A stretch of 63,668 bases of DNA, counting the filler, from Rhabdomonas costata (Eukaryota): assembly GCA_019059605.1 (NCBI GenBank). It is 56 parts of 56 records of this genome, joined end to end, with 100 filler letters (N's around TTAATTAATTAA, not from the genome) between each part and the next. Parts side by side here need not be neighbours in the genome. Positions count along the whole stretch, not along the records: positions 61,491 to 62,529 come from JAHMHO010032015.1; positions 62,630 to 63,668 come from JAHMHO010032016.1; 54 more parts are not named here. One strand, written 5' to 3'. The position numbers and the translations under genes were made by a program. Positions 61,785 through 63,668 of this stretch are shown here, in pieces (position 1 is the stretch's first letter; each line of letters begins with the position of its first letter). Below the pieces are notes generated by a model that searched no databases, was not told where the DNA came from, and saw only the letters and a program-made list of their open reading frames with translations.

Positions 61785-62629
61785 CTGAGAAGGAGGAATG
61801 TTGTCTCATGAAATACCTCACACCACCGTACCACTGTGAAAATAGCAACAACCGTCATCCATCATCCAATCGAATCCCGGGACCGAGAGGGCCCCCGGCG
61901 CCGGAGAATATCCCAGAAACGTACTTCTAACTGAAGCACATCCGTCAAAAGAACGGCGTTTTCAATGCACAGTGTGGCACCAACTCCTCCCTCTCCTTTC
62001 CTCCTCAGGTCAGGTGCACAGATGATAGACTTCGTGTCTCTCCGCAGCTATCCAGGCACCAACCATGTGCGCGCTTCTTGCTGTTTTGTTTCTGGAATTT
62101 TGGTCTTGAAGGATACCCGGTATTTTATGCATTGGTTTTAGGGAACCCAAGACACGTGAAAACCGCAAAAAAAAAAATGCTTGGAATGGAGGCACAAGGA
62201 ACCTCCCCAAGCGTTCACCATGTAGTAGTACGCCAGAACCGCCCAGAAGCACCAAAACATCGAGCCCGTGTTCACAGCCTTGACGAAGTAGTAAAACGTC
62301 AATATCAGGGCAAAAATCGCAACTCCCTCATTATCATATGAACCCGCAACAGAGCGAGAAATGTAGCCTGTTCAAAGCAAGAAAGTTGTATATGCTTTCG
62401 CAAACAAAAATTTAAGCGCAACACCAAACTAATTAGTCGTACCGGGAACAATGGCGATGAGAGCTGCAGCGACAAGTCCTGTCTTTCTGTCTCGTACCTC
62501 CTTTCCGAAAAAATAAGCCACCACCCACCNNNNNNNNNNNNNNNNNNNNNNNNNNNNNNNNNNNNNNNNNNNNTTAATTAATTAANNNNNNNNNNNNNNN
62601 NNNNNNNNNNNNNNNNNNNNNNNNNNNNN

Positions 62630-62783
62630 TGTGGGGGGGGCGGCAATTGTGGAGCGGAAGAGAGGGGGCTTTGACGACCTCATTGCGCAGCTCGAGGCGA
62701 AGTACGCCTCGACTGAGGACAAGCAGGCGACCAAGAAGTGCCCGCCGGCGGCAGAAAAGAAGAAGAAGAGGAAGGCCAAGTGA
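62630..62783 (+). CDS. C-terminus resembling a DNAJC9-type co-chaperone
   Basis: FDDLIAQLEAKY followed by a Lys-rich tail and a stop. Confidence 0.5.
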
Positions 62784-63668
62784 GAAGCAATGGTGCCATT
62801 TCTGCATATTCCACTCATCTACTCATGACTGTATGAGTTGTATTCTCAGCCTTGCATCCGATTTTATCCTGCGTCTGTTTTCTACATGCTTCCCAGCCTC
62901 GTGTACTGCCTTTGCGTCTCCTCTTTAGCCCATTCTCCCTTCCTGCACTACTCGATGTGTTTGTGAACACGTCCTTCTGACCCAGTTTTTCCTTTCTTTT
63001 TGTTGTGTGTTCGTTCAATCAGAAGAGTGAAAGAACCTGTAATATATGCAAACATCTTCCTGCCTAATCTCATTAAAAATGCTGGTAAATATTCTTCAGG
63101 TGCAGCACTATTTTCACCATTTTTAGAAATTTTGTTGTGGTTTCAGAGATTACTATCTTGATCAATGTCATGTGCAGCAGATTTCTCGCTGTTGATTGAG
63201 AGTGAACTTTCTTTGGAAGAGGTAGTTTTGTAATGGCGTGGTCATCACATGGCTCTATGAGGACTGCGTCCAATCCTGGCCCTTATTCGGTTCCCCGACG
63301 CAGAAGCGCACCCACATCCAAGTGGCACGACGCAAGCAGCGGTGGCTATCATCAGCTACCATCGACAAACATTCTGCCACTCGCAGCGGTCCTCACCCTC
63401 ATTTCAGTTTCCTCCCATTTGCCCTTGCACCCGCCGCTCTCTCACTCTCTCTCTCAGGTGTTTTGTTCCATGGCCAGAACTTTGCGGTCCTTCTCTCTTT
63501 GCCGCACTTGAGCTTTATGTGATTCGCTTCTGTGTTTAAGCAAGCATGGAGCTGGACGTCCGCGTCCAGGACTTGCAGTTTGAGGGCACGCTTCGGGAGT
63601 ACTTCTGCGGATCGCTGCGAAAGGTCCTCCCCCATCCCCACCTTTTCCCCCGCATGCTTACACCTCGA

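Overview
This window is not a continuous locus. It is 56 unrelated contigs of about 1.02-1.04 kb joined by 55 artificial 100-nt spacers (44 N + TTAATTAATTAA + 44 N), so nothing can be inferred from gene neighbourhood across spacers. Most contigs start with G/T-only bases and end with A/C-only bases, and at least 8 have a fold-back at one end, which points to primer-based whole-genome amplification. The DNA is mostly from one intron-rich eukaryote with GC-ending codons, GT-AG introns and probably some GC-AG introns. Recognisable exons encode Sec23, CCT2, STT3, transketolase, an AROM-type EPSP synthase domain, LYS4-type homoaconitase, a Piwi/Argonaute, Tex/SRBD1, PIP5K, a fumarate-reductase-type flavoprotein and a hybrid histidine-kinase receiver, plus START, C2, EF-hand, EGF, F-box, LRR, ankyrin and zinc-finger domains. 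Homoaconitase plus AROM in an intron-rich genome suggests a euglenid (inference only). Mobile DNA includes a decayed Ty3/Gypsy integrase, LINE-like relics and several dispersed repeat families. The most interesting observations are: (1) a stand-alone DIRS-type N6-adenine methyltransferase ORF directly behind a tRNA-derived head and a hairpin; (2) a near-complete type III hammerhead ribozyme inside a transketolase intron; (3) a (TTAGCG)n telomere-like array; (4) a Piwi protein whose first catalytic Asp is Ala; (5) an inverted-repeat element family carrying a ~54-bp internal repeat; (6) an AT-rich, apparently foreign contig encoding a His10/ankyrin protein. All product calls come from recognising motifs by eye; no searches were run.
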